From NCBI GenBank assembly GCA_964016885.1, contig OZ024742.1, positions 109,926,001 to 109,990,000 on the forward strand: a DNA stretch of 64,000 nucleotides. The letters run 5' to 3'. A program made the translations under genes and the position numbers. How positions within the stretch are numbered: the first letter of the stretch is position 1; each line of letters opens with the position of its first letter. Shown here piece by piece: positions 1-13,485 of this stretch. The notes under the pieces are model-generated. The model ran no database searches. It was not told the DNA's origin and worked only from the letters and a program-made list of their open reading frames with translations. This DNA is from Eledone cirrhosa (taxonomy: Eukaryota).

Positions 1-236
1 ATTTTACATTCATTTAAATTATTGATGTATTGTTTTATTGATATTTTTTATCTGTTTGTCCCGAATCTTCTATTATCGATTTTTTATCGTATGGTTGATT
101 GTAGACTTGTTCTATGTGTGACGGTATTTTAACGATAGTTATAGCTCTGATTCAATTGAATTATTGAGCCCTCTGCCGCTCATTTCGAATATTGTTTATC
201 GTGAACTCGTGCGCCGATTTTTCGATACTCGATCTT

Positions 237-700
237 TCTAATATATATATATATATATAAATCAGAGAATGTCTGACTGTCTGACTCCCTAAAACTCGAG
301 AACCACCCAACCGATTGTTTTCAAACTTTACACATGTAATACTTATGGTCCTGTGAGTGTTTTGAGCAAAAGATATTTCAAATTTTCAATGCTCTGGAGA
401 CCGCATTAGGCGATTTCTCTCTATAATTCTTAGTCTTTCTTTTTAGATAGACACATAGATATAACGTTGCGCCTTTATAATATCTGTCTGTATGTCTGGC
501 TGTCTGCATTACGACATTATGACGCTATATGTGTGTGTGTGTATATATGTATATATAGTGTGTGTATATATATATAGTGTGTAACGTTTTTCGAAATATT
601 TACTTCCGAGTTCACAGATTGATTTTTTTAGTTTCAGAAGATCCCGCTAAGGGTGAAAGCAGCGATTCTTTGCTTAAACTTTAATCTGTTATTTTAATAT
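237..700 (+). mobile_element. Non-autonomous Helitron-like element, 5' portion
   Basis: Begins TC-(TA)n-AAATCAGAGAATGTCTG with CTGT repeats and CCGATTGTTTTCAAACTT. The same sequence recurs at 14765-15660 (+) and 14443-14727 (-). Confidence 0.6.
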
Positions 701-703
701 ATA

Positions 704-731
704 CTAGCAGAATGGCCCGGCGTTGCTCGGG
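704..731 (-). mobile_element. Helitron 3' terminus (subterminal hairpin + CTAG)
   Basis: Reverse complement reads CCCGAGCAACGCCGGG-CCATTCTG-CTAG|T, a GC hairpin about 10 nt before CTAG. A matching terminus is at 16891-16918 (+). Confidence 0.65.
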
Positions 732-1838
732 ATTCTAAACATAGATTGGCATGTGTATCTCTCCTTTCTGAACAGAGGAGTACGGAAAACCTCGGCCTCG
801 GGATGGTGTCTACATTTTGTGCTTATAAAAAAAATTCGTCGTAGATTACCTAGGTTTTTTTCCGTGCGAAGAAAATCAATACTTTATCGCGTGTGTATAT
901 ATATGTGATTTAATGATACAAATCTGCATATTATTATTGAAAAACACCCCCATCGATTTCAGTGAGCAATAATGTTTTTTCGTCGATATTTTCGTGTTAT
1001 TCTACAAAGGACTTTCTCCTAGAAAAGGGAGGGAGTGAGAGAGGACTCTCGGATTTTTCAATCCCCCCCTCCCCAGTTTTCTTTACCATTTCTTTCTCTC
1101 TCGTTTTTTAGTGTGCTACAAAGGACTTTTATCCCCGGTCAACGAAGTGGGGGTAAAGAAAAGTCCGGGAGGGGGCAGGTTCAATGCCCCCTCCTCCCTG
1201 TTTTCCGGGAAAAAGTCTTTTGCTGCATGTTCGGGGGTAAGATTGTTGGTAGCATACAAAAAAAAAACGGAAATATTGGTAAAGAAATCTCAGGATGGGG
1301 GGGGGGGTAAAAAGCTCGAAGGCTTATTCCTACTCCCATGTCAGGGGGGGGGGGGCATTTTCAGCATATTAGGGGGTAAGTTTAATTGATAACACACACA
1401 CACACACACAAAAAAAAAACAGGATAAAATTATTTCCCACTGAAATCGGTAGTGGTGGGAGTTCTATAAATTTACCCAAATCTTTTACTCTTTGCGGTTC
1501 AGTAATGCCTGTCTCTGAGATCTGCACCCTATACAGCTGCCTAGTTGGCCTTAATGATAGCGCAGCTCCGTACACACACGCACACTAACACAATCAGACA
1601 CAACAATTATTTGGTTTAATTCATATCCACTGCTGCTAATATCCCATGCAGTTGTGTCTATTTGCCTGTATATTTTCCTCTTCTCTATTGTTATAGAAAT
1701 ATCTGTTTAATAAAACAACGAATTATGTACGGTAAATTCATTATGTAATCTATTTGTACATTTAGCTACGTTAGTTGCTTTTGTTTCAAAAAGTTAAGTA
1801 AATATTCTTGAAAGCTTTCATTATATATGCATGCGTGC

Positions 1839-1979
<141 letters not shown>

Positions 1980-2131
1980 ATTTAAGTTAGTTTGATTACC
2001 AATGGGCAGAATTGGTGATTCTGGTTGGTAAACCATCATGCAACAAATTAATTAAAGCACTCAACGTTATGCAAGACATCCATTGTAGATGTGATATCCC
2101 GTGGCTGGTGCAGGAACGGAGCAAAGTATTC

Positions 2132-2546
<415 letters not shown>

Positions 2547-2583
2547 TTACACAATAATCAAAGCTATGTTCAAATCCTTTTAT

Positions 2584-2630
2584 TGCTGACAATCGTTTCT
2601 TCCAAACTATCGTTTGGAATCATCGGAGCA
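2584..2630 (-). ncRNA. Minimal type I hammerhead ribozyme-like motif (U4C variant)
   Basis: Minus strand reads UGCU-CCGAUGA-UUCCAAAC GAUA GUUUGGAA-GAAAC GAUU GUC^AGCA. This gives a 4-bp stem I, 8-bp stem II, short stem III and GUC cleavage triplet. Confidence 0.65.
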
Positions 2631-3336
2631 TTAGCAATGTTTGTACATATAATTAACCTCCTATTCAACTGAACAATGGTATAGATACATGGATATTAAT
2701 GTTGTCAACAACAAGGGTGGAATGGATGCGACATAGATTTCAAGAGAATTGTACAATAATTAAAATTAAAAGTTAGAAGGCACAGAGTGGAATGCATGCG
2801 ACAGAGATTAGTATAACAATTAGAGACATTAATTTAGAAAGTTACTCGTGAAACGAGGACACTAGCAGTACATATGCAAGCGTATAAAGAGTGCAAATGC
2901 AATAGGCATATACAGGAAGGAAACAAGCAATGGTACTAGGCATATATAATTTCTGCGAGGCAAAGGTATCACATAAAACAACACATGTTTACAAGCAGGC
3001 AAAGCTGTTATTAGTTTATGGTGGATGTAGTGTGATAATTGTTTCTGTAATGTTCAAATGTATATGTGCTGAGAGTATCAATGTTATTGCTATCTTTTCC
3101 ATTACATTGGCTATGTTTTATTTTAGTGAATGTTTTTAATCAGTCAAGTCATTGATTGTATACCGATCCTAATATATTGTTATCCGGGGTTCGAGTTGTT
3201 GTTGGGTGGTTCCTCTAACGGTTTAATTTCCAGAAGTGAGTTTGATCTATATTAAGGGGAGCTAATACGAAAGGGGAGGTAACTAGCGATTACATTGTAA
3301 ATGAATTTAGAAAAATGTAAAGTTTTTTACAGCTCC

Positions 3337-3700
3337 AATTAGTTGAAATTCTTTGTGTTGTTATACATTATATTGTGTTATAAGTGAATCCCTTTTATAT
3401 AATACTATTTGTTTGTGTTTAATTTTAAATATAATCTATTTTACATTAAAGGTCTCATTATATTGTTATCTATCCATTACAGAATAAAGAATATGTAATG
3501 TATAGGAAATGGGTAAGAATGTATAGTTGTTTACAGGACAAATTAGTTAAATCTCTTGTGCTATTAATATACATTATATTATGTTATAAGTGAATCTCAT
3601 ATATATAATGCTATTAATTTATATATTTAATTATAAATACAATATATTTTCCTATACTACATTAAGTGTCTCATCATATTATTATTTATCCATTCCTGAA
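3337..3700. repeat. Imperfect direct duplication (about 155-bp unit)
   Basis: AATTAGTT..ATACATTATATT.TGTTATAAGTGAATC..TTATCCATT occurs at about 3337-3490 and 3541-3700. Confidence 0.7.
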
Positions 3701-4751
3701 TATAATATAAGCAAGATATATTGGTTATATTAAATGGTGTTAATTTTATGTTAATTCCTAATAGTTATTGTATAGTATAAAGTTTGAGATAAAAATGAGT
3801 TAGGTAGAGTGATGAGCTGATCAAAGAGTGTGATGCTGTGGGGGTACTTATATGCTGATAAGACCTAGAGGTGAAGTGTTAATGGTGGTGAGAAATTCAG
3901 ATCTGACATTAGCAGCTAGGTTTAAAGCTATGAAAAGAGTGTCTGTGGTAGTGCTGGCACATTAAAAAAACCCTCTGACTTTCTATTTAGGGGGTCTAGC
4001 TTAGAATAGATTATTGTTCGGGTCTCTAGAAGACAGAGGTTACATAATTTAATTGGTGGTTTATACGATGCGGCCCTATCTACTATCTCCCATTGAAGTG
4101 TATATGTTCTATCCCTAGATATCAGAGAGTGTATGTAGCTAGATAAAGAAGTGAAGTTGGGTAGATTGCGATTTTAGAACGTGTGGAGATGCGAGTTATA
4201 TCTCGTATTGAAGCAGTTCGAATAAGTAGTAATAAATTCGACTGACCTTTCATGTTTATAGTCGTATATAGTGTATACATAACTATAAATAATATTATTA
4301 TATATATATAGTATTTATGCATTGTGTGTGTGTGCGTGTGCGTGTGTGTGAAAGCACGTGGCTTAGTAGTTACACCAGTCCGCCCAGCTGGAAATATAAG
4401 TTTATATGTAACTCAAAGGTCCAGCCTTGTCAATTACAGTGTAAAGCTGAATTTTTCTGAGAACTACGCTAATGGTGCGCGTGTCTGTGGAAAGCCCAAC
4501 CATTATGCATACGTATAAATATATGTGTGTGTATTTATATTTGTTTATTTATGTCCACTAACATAGCAGTTCGACAAAAAGAGTTCAATAAAATATGTTC
4601 TAGATACAAAAACAAAACATATATATATGTACTGAGTAGTGATACGATCAAGTAAATCCGGTTCTGGTGGTGACCAAGCAAGACCGCAGTCTAATAATTG
4701 AAACCAGTAAAAGATAAAAGCATAAAGGAATATTTGCATCATATTCACTGC

Positions 4752-4813
<62 letters not shown>

Positions 4814-4844
4814 CACACGTGTGTATATATATTTATTTATATAG

Positions 4845-5030
4845 TGAAGGTGTGTGGCTGAGTGGTTAGAGAATTGGATTCACAATCTTGAGGTTGTGAG
4901 TTCAATTCCTGGACCGAGCGATGCGTTATGTTCTTGAGCAAGACATTTTATTTCACGTTGCTCCTTCTACCTGGAATTGCGACCGATAGAGATTATTAGC
5001 AATTGGAAAGACCAACGGAAACATTGTCTT
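4845..5030 (+). mobile_element. tRNA-derived SINE
   Basis: A-box-like TGGCTGAGTGG and B-box-like GAGTTCAATTCC, followed by TTCTTGAGCAAGACATTTTATTTCACGTTGCTC. A reverse copy lies at about 40820-40990. Confidence 0.65.
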
Positions 5031-5642
5031 TGACACAACTGAAGGGTCCTCCCAACACTTTGTTTGGCAAGCTTTCTGCGGCTAGATGCCCATCTTATCA
5101 CCAACTACTTTACAGCATGTACTGAGTGCATTTATCGTGTATATCACCAACACTGGGGAGGTTGTCACGTCCTTGATACAACTGAAGGGTCTTACCAACC
5201 ACTTGTTCGGTAAATATAAACAAAATAATGTTAGTCATTGACTAATTTGTTTTTCTTAAGGCATAATTATTTCTAGTTAGTTTTTTTAATACTTCCTGCA
5301 TTAAATGCGTTATCACTAACTGAACTCTTGATTTTCATGCAGATGGAGTTATTTAACTAACTCTCTGGTTTAAAAGAGTATTTAGTAATCATCAACAGAA
5401 AAAAGGCAAGAAAAAGAAATTAACAATGAAGATAACAGGTGACAATTCAAAGTTTTTTTGGGGTGGTGGGAGCATTCTTTTTCTAAATAAATAAAATGAC
5501 AAATAGAATTAGAAACCAAACTTGACTGGTTTTGCTTTCACCCCACCCCCTTATTTTTCCTTTTTCTTTCATATTTCCATCAATATTTGTAATGTACAAC
5601 AGTGAATTTATTTATTGTCTGTAATTTTATTTTATAACGCGG

Positions 5643-5700
<58 letters not shown>

Positions 5701-5706
<6 letters not shown>

Positions 5707-6338
5707 GACGTAAAATAAGAAAATTATAGTAATTAACTTACTTACTTAAATTTCACTCCAACTAATTAGTTTCTGAAAGGGGATATACATAATTTTCAAA
5801 TTGAGATCATGGAGAATCCTTTCTTCATCAGGGAGTCATTCTCGGCTAAGATTCCTGGCGATGCGCGGACACAGGATACTTAGACAAAAATAATTCAGTG
5901 GATGGAAAAGAGCAAGCGGGGACTAAATTCCAAGACATTGAAAAAATCACTTTGAATTTGCCACCGACCAAGAAGGCAGTGATTTTTTCAATGTCTTGGA
6001 ATTTAGTCCCCGCTTGCTCTTTTCCATCACTGAATTATTTTTGTATAAGTTTCCTGTGTCCGCGCATCGCCAGGAATCTTAGCCGAGAATGACTCCCTGA
6101 TGAAGAAAGGTTTATCCATGATCTCCATTTGAAGACTATGTATATCCCCTTTCAGAAACTAATTAGTTGGAGTGAAATTTAAGTAACTAAGTTAATTACT
6201 ATAATTTTCTTATTTTACGTCTTTCATAGAACTGTTCTGCATCCCTTTGTATTGAACCACAAAGTTACTAAGACAAAACCTATATATTTGCTAGCGTAAG
6301 TATACATCTGTATAAATATGTTGGTAGATATACTAATT

Positions 6339-6342
<4 letters not shown>
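5701..6342 (+). mobile_element. Fold-back element B (about 250-bp arms + 115-nt tail), probable Penelope-like terminus
   Basis: Arms 5701-5951 and 5978-6227, loop 26 nt, tail 6228-6342, (TA)n on both sides. Contains CTGATGAAG...GAAA. Second family member at 16442-16755. Confidence 0.85.
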
Positions 6343-6418
<76 letters not shown>

Positions 6419-6599
6419 CTTTTTAAAAAAAGAATACTGTTTGTCAAGTGGGTAGAGCACTTAACAACTACTGGGGAAATTAATGTATTGTATCCATCAT
6501 AAACAGAGATAATATTTTGAAATCAGCCACAGAAGTGTAGAAACCATTTAACAACAGTGCAGAGGAAATAACTTGAATACAATTTTTACTCTTCCAAAC

Positions 6600-6800
6600 A
6601 GTCGCCGCCAAGACCGCAGGTGCCCTCGGATCCCGTACTGCCGAGTTCTCCGCAAGATCGGAACGTCAGCAGGCCGTCTGAGAAAAGAGCCCCGTGAGGT
6701 GGAGTGGCTGTTGCAGCAGGTGTCTCTGGCCATTTTCCGCGGAAATGTTTTTGCAGATTTTCCCGTAGGGCGCAACCCTAACACTACCGCGCCCTAATTC
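6600..6800 (+). mobile_element. CRE-clade non-LTR retrotransposon 3' fragment
   Basis: Translation KEPREVEWLLQQVSLAIFRGN matches the WLxQRxSxAIxRGN C-terminus of CRE elements. A related piece is at 7408-7495. Confidence 0.65.
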
Positions 6801-7499
6801 CAGAACCCATCAACCTCTCCCCTTCCCCCTCTTTTCTTCTTTGACCCTAGAATCCTTGCTTTTCCTCTCATTATGGCTTTTATAGTCCTTTCCTCTACTT
6901 TCCCATACACCCAGATCTGCCCTTCTTTACCTCTTCCCCATTTCCTCATTACTTAATTTTGCTTTTATCGTTCTTTTTCATATTTATGTAATCATCAATG
7001 GTTTTTAAGCCGACTTTATGAATATTTGTAAAGTTATTTATACAACTGAAAAAGAAAAGTAAGTTTAGTTATTCTAAGGAAATTCTTTTTAGTTAAATCA
7101 GATCAAATTTACTGACAAAGGGAAGTAAACTTTGAAATATACAGTAGCAAGCCTACCTGAATTGTTTCCCTTTAATCAATACTCTAATCGGTTTGAAAGT
7201 TGCGATACGATGAGGCCAAATCTCTACCAGCTAAAACTATCTAAAACAAAGTATATAAATGAATAATACCAAACCAAGAAGCACCAACGTATTCGCTATC
7301 ATCACATTCACAACTTTATAATAAGACATTGTTAATAAACAACAACGAAGAAAAGGTAAAAAGAAAACGTAACTTCGTTCAAATGCTATACATATTTGTG
7401 TTGTCTCAGCCCGCCTGAGGAAGGAGCCCCGCGAAGCGGAGTGGCTGTTGCAGCGGGTGTCGCTGGCCATTGTCAGCAGGAATGCTTTTGCTAGAGCCC

Positions 7500-7715
7500 A
7501 GAAAATATCATATATTTTCACTAGCTCTGACAGTTGGCGAGTAAGCAGTAAATGGTACTAAAGAAGAGTAATCACCCAGAAACATTAGTCCTGTTTATAT
7601 GCCAACACAAGAGCAAGAATGACCGGGTGATTCTATTATATGGTTTAAAGAGGCTGTTTTCATAATTGCAAACGAATCGAATATTATTATTAATATTTGA
7701 AAAGCTCAGATTTAC
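7500..7715 (+). mobile_element. Single-arm copy of fold-back family C
   Basis: Matches 13127-13485 (CCCAGAAACATTAG..GCCAACACAAGAGCAAGAAT..CTCAGATT) and ends at the same family position next to (CA)n. Confidence 0.75.
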
Positions 7716-7731
7716 ACACACAACCACACAC

Positions 7732-7816
<85 letters not shown>

Positions 7817-7991
7817 TATATATCAGTATGTGGTTGACGGGTGAGAGAAAGGAATACTCAATACCGAAGCAGTGTTTTAATATTCATTTATATTAAGACT
7901 AAAAAATGAGCCTTGTTATTCTGGAGTTTCGCCTGTTTATTACAGGGTCATCAAATTAGTTTTAAACTGGTTCTATCCTGATTTGTATATA

Positions 7992-8022
<31 letters not shown>

Positions 8023-8497
8023 CAGAGCAAACATCACGGATGCTCTATCTCAAAATTATTTTTGAAAAGCATTAGAAATGCGCAACTGGTAAAACTTAAA
8101 ACCAAAACTGAATACTAACCAATACTATTACTAATTCTCACTTATTCCTAATTAAACTATTTTTCACTGTGAACAATTTGTCAGCATTTTCTATTCCGTT
8201 TACCAATATATATATATATATATATATGGGGGGGGGGGTATTCGTTCTGGCTCTCTGCTTTCTCTGAGTTCAAATAGAGCCGAGGTCAACTTCGCTTTTC
8301 ATCCTTTTGAGGTCGATAAAAAAAAGGACCAGTCTAGTACTGAGGTCGATTCTTCCTCTGTATCTCTTTCTCACTTCCTCACTGTCATTTTCTATCCTTC
8401 TTTGCTGTACTCCGACCAGGAGATGAATGGGCTCCGCCAAGCTTAAGATGCCCTAGAAACGCCACAGTTACAGGACCATAAGATACATATAGATATA

Positions 8498-8790
8498 TCA
8501 TCATCATCATCATCATCGTTTAACGTCCATTCTTCCACGCTAGTATGGGTTAGACGAGTTGTCCTGTTGTGAAAAATGCCAGATCAGGTGACCATATCTT
8601 GCTCAAGCAGAACTGATTTTGGCTTCGTTTCTACAGCCGAATGCCCTTCCTAACGCCAACCACATTTACAGTGAGTACTGGGTGCTTTTTGTTGTGACAC
8701 CTACATGACCACTTTACAGTATGGGCTGGGTGCTTTTTGTCGTGACACCTACATAATCACTTTACAGTGTGGACTGTTGGCTTCACTAGC
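8498..8790 (-). mobile_element. SINE with RTE-type (GAT)n tail
   Basis: (CAT)n-CGTTTAACGTCC tail and the conserved GCCCTTCCTAACGCCAACC block. Related copies at about 10480-10760, 38340-38490 and 45487-45790. Confidence 0.6.
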
Positions 8791-9470
8791 TGTATACTTC
8801 AGCCTGTCTTCATGGGAGTTTTATGGAAGATTGAGGTGGGGTGGTGCCCATGGGAAGGTGGGTCTTCTGTATTACTGTATAACGCCAGAGATCTCAGTCC
8901 TGTGTCATTAATGTTTATAACCATCTGTCTACCATGTTTTCTAACAAGTAAGAAGTCAATCTGACTTGTGTCTCCACCTGATTGGTAAGTGATTAGTTGG
9001 CTGGCCAGTTTCCTGAAATTAATGTCACAAATGGTTAGATTAATTGCATCACAGAATTCCAGGAGCCTCACTCCCTCTTCATTTCTTCAGCTGTAATGAT
9101 AGCCAGCATATACTCTGGTGTAGCTATCCAGATGTTGCCCAACATGTCCATTGAAGTCACCTGCTAGGATGATGAAGTTCCTGTAATCTGTCACTGCAGT
9201 TTCCTGTAAAAGTTCCTCATAGAAACAGTCCTTATTTTCTTTACTTAGTTCAACTTGTAGTGCAGAAGTAGAGATATTATAGTCGTTCTGTTGCCTATGA
9301 CTATTCTGAGCTTGATAATTCTGTCACTTATTCTAACTACCTCAATTACCTTATCTATTTACTTCTCAGCTAGTAGAATGCCCACCCCACCTACCCATCA
9401 TCATTTCCTACCCAGAAAAGCTTGTATCTACGTTGTCTGTGAGTAGTCATGGTGAGGCACCCTTCCAGTT
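8770..9470 (-). mobile_element. RTE-clade LINE, degraded APE endonuclease region
   Basis: ORF 8799-9071 LLEFCDAINLTICDINFRK...ITYQSGGDTSQIDFLLVRK, with an upstream AGDFNGHVG motif on the minus strand. Confidence 0.8.
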
Positions 9471-11141
9471 ACCCATTTATTTCCTCTCAAGCAACTCCCC
9501 TATTTTTCAAGATCTACCTTTCAGTGAGTCTACATTGAGAGTGGCACCTGAAAATGTGTTACCTGACAGTGGTCCTTTAGTAGCTGTTCTATGTACCTGG
9601 AAGGGAACAAGGGTGTGTGATTGCTTGGTGACAGTCAAGGAGCTCTTGCACATAGCTATTTGAGTCACTCCACTACCATGTGCAGTGCTATCATGATTAG
9701 TGTTGTATATGCAATTAGTGTTGCGTTTTATATGTATATATATAATATCACTCACTACCTCCAACCCCACGTTCTCTTCCAACTCTTCCACCGTGGAAAG
9801 ACACCCACTTCCTAGTCTACCTCAATCCATACCATCAAAGAAAGGGGGTGCACCCCTTCCACATTCAACCCTTGCGAACATGGAATGGTAGTGAAGGATT
9901 AGAAAAGTGAGACACCCCATACCACATGGAACTGTGTGAAGAAAGATAGAAGTGAGATAATACTTAACCTCTCCAACCCCCACCTGCCAGTTTGCACCAA
10001 TACCCTCGTAGCATATTTACCCCATCATAGCCCTCCCCTACCCAATTCCTCCACTCACACTTTGCTCGTCCAACTCTTTACAACATGGAAAGATACCCAC
10101 TCCTAGCCCTGCTCCATCCATACCAATACAAAGACAGGCCAACTCCTACATCTAACCCATGCAAACATGAAAAGCTGGGCAGGCCCCACCTTATATCATG
10201 ATGAGATCTTCAGAGATTGGAAGTGCTTCCAACTGTGGAGGCCATGCCAATACTGAATATATGAACTAACTGTGGTCACTTGTCCAGCCAAGTCACAGAA
10301 CGTGACAGCTTGTCTGGACCAGGTGGGCAAAGAAAATAGATGTTTAACAACGGGGATGGTGATGATGTGCTCCTTCCTCCTACATCCTGCCACATCCTTG
10401 ATATAACTTTCCTGTCACTCTCCTGAAGGCCACCTCCATGACATGTCACTTGCACTCCTGTTGTGGGATAGCTCTGGTGCCACATGAAAAAGCACCCAGT
10501 CTGCCCTATAAAGTGATAGTGCCATGTAAAAAAAAAATGAATAAAATAAAATAAACAACCAGCCAATCAGTACAAGTAAGTGTGGACTTGGTACTGTAAT
10601 GTGGTTGGCATTGGCAAGGGCATCCAGCTGTAGAACACCAAGCCAGGATCGGATCGTATGAGTAAGACGTGGTCACCTGGTCTGACCGGCCTCATAACGT
10701 GACAAATCGTCTACCACATGCAAACAGAAAATATACATTAAACGGTGGCGATGATTATGGTAATTCACTAATACACACACATATACATAATAAGGGTTTA
10801 AATCGATGTACATATATATCGATAATTTTTTTTAGTGTTTTAGGGTTTTTTATATTTTTAGTTTTGATATTTTAGTAAACAACTGTTTTATTCAGCAAAT
10901 AAATGGGCGTGAATTAAAACATAATTAACGTTATCGTCGACGAAGGTAATCCTGATCAAAAATGAAATACGGGTCTAATGTTTTCATAAGATCTATATGC
11001 TACAAAAATAATTCTTACCCTTAGCTCTTGGATTAAAGGTAAATGCCTCATATGTGACTCCACAGTCAGCAACACTTTTGCTCCTTCTCACATCCTAGAT
11101 GCTGTGGTCGTTATGCAAGTCGATGCTCAATTAGTCATTGA

Positions 11142-11450
11142 ATGCCTGTGTCGCATGTTGACATAAAAATTACGAAAATCAATGAAGGCATAAGAAAGAT
11201 ACTATCTGCTGGTATCACACCTGAAAGGGTCCTCATCAAACTCAATGACAAGATTCTGGAAGAAGTCGATCAATTCAAGAATCTTGGCACCATCTTCACT
11301 CCCACAGGCCATGGTAAAGACGAGATAGATGTTTGCATCAACCGTGCACACGCTGCATTCTGTTATCTGCAAACACGGATCTGGTCCAGTTCAGAGATCC
11401 ATCATACCACAAAGGTCTGCATCTATCGAACGCTCGTTCAAACCCTCTTC
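11142..11450 (+). mobile_element. RTE-clade LINE RT C-terminal fragment
   Basis: LEEVDQFKNLG...EIDVCINRAHAAF..L..RIW....TKVCIYRTLV matches the RTE thumb region. Confidence 0.7.
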
Positions 11451-11459
11451 TTCGGCATA

Positions 11460-11545
11460 AGGACAAATCCCACCGGGCAAAGTCCCCACTTGACAAAAAT
11501 CCCCCAGATAAAAATCTCATCGGACAAAATCCCCACCAGACAAAA
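11460..11545 (+). repeat. Tandem about 15-bp GGACAAAATCCCCAC repeats (DNA-transposon subterminal-like)
   Basis: About 5-6 imperfect units read directly. The transposon assignment is inference. Confidence 0.5.
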
Positions 11546-11859
11546 CAAAAACAAACAAACCAAAAATAAACAAAAACAGTATAATATCACTACTTGACAA
11601 ACCCCCGACAATAAAAAATAAAACAGTAAAAGTTAAAACAAAATCTATCTAAAGTTTTTAAGAGCTGACATTATGAAAAGTAATTTACCTGATAAAGAAT
11701 AAATTCAATATATTCTGAATTATTTTTTACTATGTAGGGGAATTGTTTCTTAGACTCAGTTCAACGCACCCTAGGTGAACGCAGACAAGTACAAGTATGG
11801 CAAAAAGAAGAAAGAAAAGAGATACGTATGCTCTACAACAAGGAAATGCTGGTTGTTTT

Positions 11860-12150
11860 CCTCTAAATATGTTTGAACTGAGCCAAGACACCAACGGCAT
11901 TGGCGTGATAGCACAGCTAAGGTACTGGAATAGCCAAGGACCCTCACCAGGAGCATTATTTGATGCTTCAGTAAGACGAGCTGCCAACAATGACAAAAAC
12001 TTTGTTGTCAGCAGCCCAGTTCCCCGGAAAATCTTGAATGTCACAGACTGAAAAATGTAATTTACTGATAAATCACAGTATTTTAGAATTTTATTCCATT
12101 CAATTACGGATGTAGTGACCGCCATCTCCACCGAGGCACCCAGGAAGAGA
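11860..12150 (-). mobile_element. CRE-clade retrotransposon 3' fragment
   Basis: ORF 11730-12266 FQSVTFKIFRGTG...EGPWLFQYLSCAIT is homologous to the 17944-18213 translation. Confidence 0.65.
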
Positions 12151-12920
12151 GAGAGCGAGAGAGTGGCAGCCCATGTGAGGCACCAGCATTTAAGTAAGTG
12201 TGCGTGTTGGACCTCTGAAAGTGCTTCAGTTGTTTGACCAACAAACCAGCTTGTTCGCGGAATCAATGTGCATGCATCAATTGCTAAGCATTTTAATTAT
12301 ATGTGAACCCATATCGTAATCCTCTGGGAGATTTAGCGTGATAAGGTTGGTCCCTTTAAATTACAAGTGCAACTCAATTTTTTCCAGCTGACTCAACTGG
12401 GTCAACGTGAAATAAGGTCTCTTGTTCAAGGACACAACACACCGCCGAAATCGAAGTCACTCTACACTTCTAATGCAAGAGCAAAAGGTAAGTTATATTA
12501 TTGTATCTTGTAGATTTTTATGAAGAAATTTTTCTGATATTTCAATTTTGTTCTGAACTGCCTTTGGCAGTGCTAACCTTAATAAACATATTACGTTCAG
12601 AAATGCCATTATTTATAATGTTTCGTAAAACTTTGTTGATATTTCGTTGATGCCAAAATCATTGAGCGCCTTAAAGCATGCATAAATCTACGTATTAAAC
12701 GTACACATTGAATGTATACTGCCATCTATTTAACTAATCAAACGTCAACATTATCTATAATTTCTCTATAAAAATATGTCGTACGTAAAGTTTCGATCAT
12801 TACACTCACTTATTTTTGCTGGGTTTTAGAAATTGAGCTGGAGCCTCAAAGAAGGTTTTATTCGATTGAATCGTCTGGTATGTTAAAAAAGAAAATTTTC
12901 GCTCTACATGGCTGAATACA

Positions 12921-13485
12921 ATAAATGTAATCTGAGTTTTTCGAATATTAATAATAACATTCAATCCGTTTGCTAATTTGCAAACAAGCCTCAATTGTAT
13001 AGCCATGTCAGTAGAATGAACCCTTCATTCTTGCTCTTGTGTTGGCATGTGAACAGAACTGCAGACACTAATGTTTCTGGGTATTACCCTTCATCAGTAC
13101 AGCTCACTGTTCACCTGCCAAACTGTCAGAGCTAGTGAAAATATATGCTATTTTCAAAAATACAGTTTGGCAGGTGAACAGTGAGCTGTAATGATGAAGG
13201 GTGATACCCAGAAACATTAGTGTCTGCAGTTATGTTCACATGCCAACACAAGAGCAAGAATGAAGGGTTCATTCTACTGACATGGCTATAAAATTGAGGC
13301 TTGTTTGCATAATTGCAAACGAATCGAATGTTATTATCTGAGTTCAAATCCCGCCGAGGTTAACTTTGCCTTTCATCCTTACGAGGTCGATAAAATAAAG
13401 TACCAGTATTGCACTGGGTAATTGCTGGCCTTGTGCCAAAAGTAGAAACAATTATTAATATTCGAAAAACTCAGATTACATTTAT
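12921..13485. repeat. Fold-back inverted repeat C (about 205-bp arms) with hammerhead-like core
   Basis: Arms 12921-13126 and 13162-13485, the latter interrupted by a SINE. Minus-strand CTGATGA AGGGTAATACCCA GAAACATTA at about 13069-13097. Confidence 0.85.
13337..13451 (+). mobile_element. 5'-truncated tRNA-derived SINE with TTATTA target-site duplication
   Basis: GAGTTCAAATCCCGCCGAGGTTAACTTTGCCTTTCATCC family. TTATTA at 13331-13336 and 13452-13457. Absent from the opposite hairpin arm. Confidence 0.85.

Noticed and set aside
4845-4915. tRNA-like A/B boxes (also about 28900, 30480, 60200)
   Set aside because: No cloverleaf or acceptor stem; they continue into SINE bodies, so they are SINE heads rather than tRNA genes.
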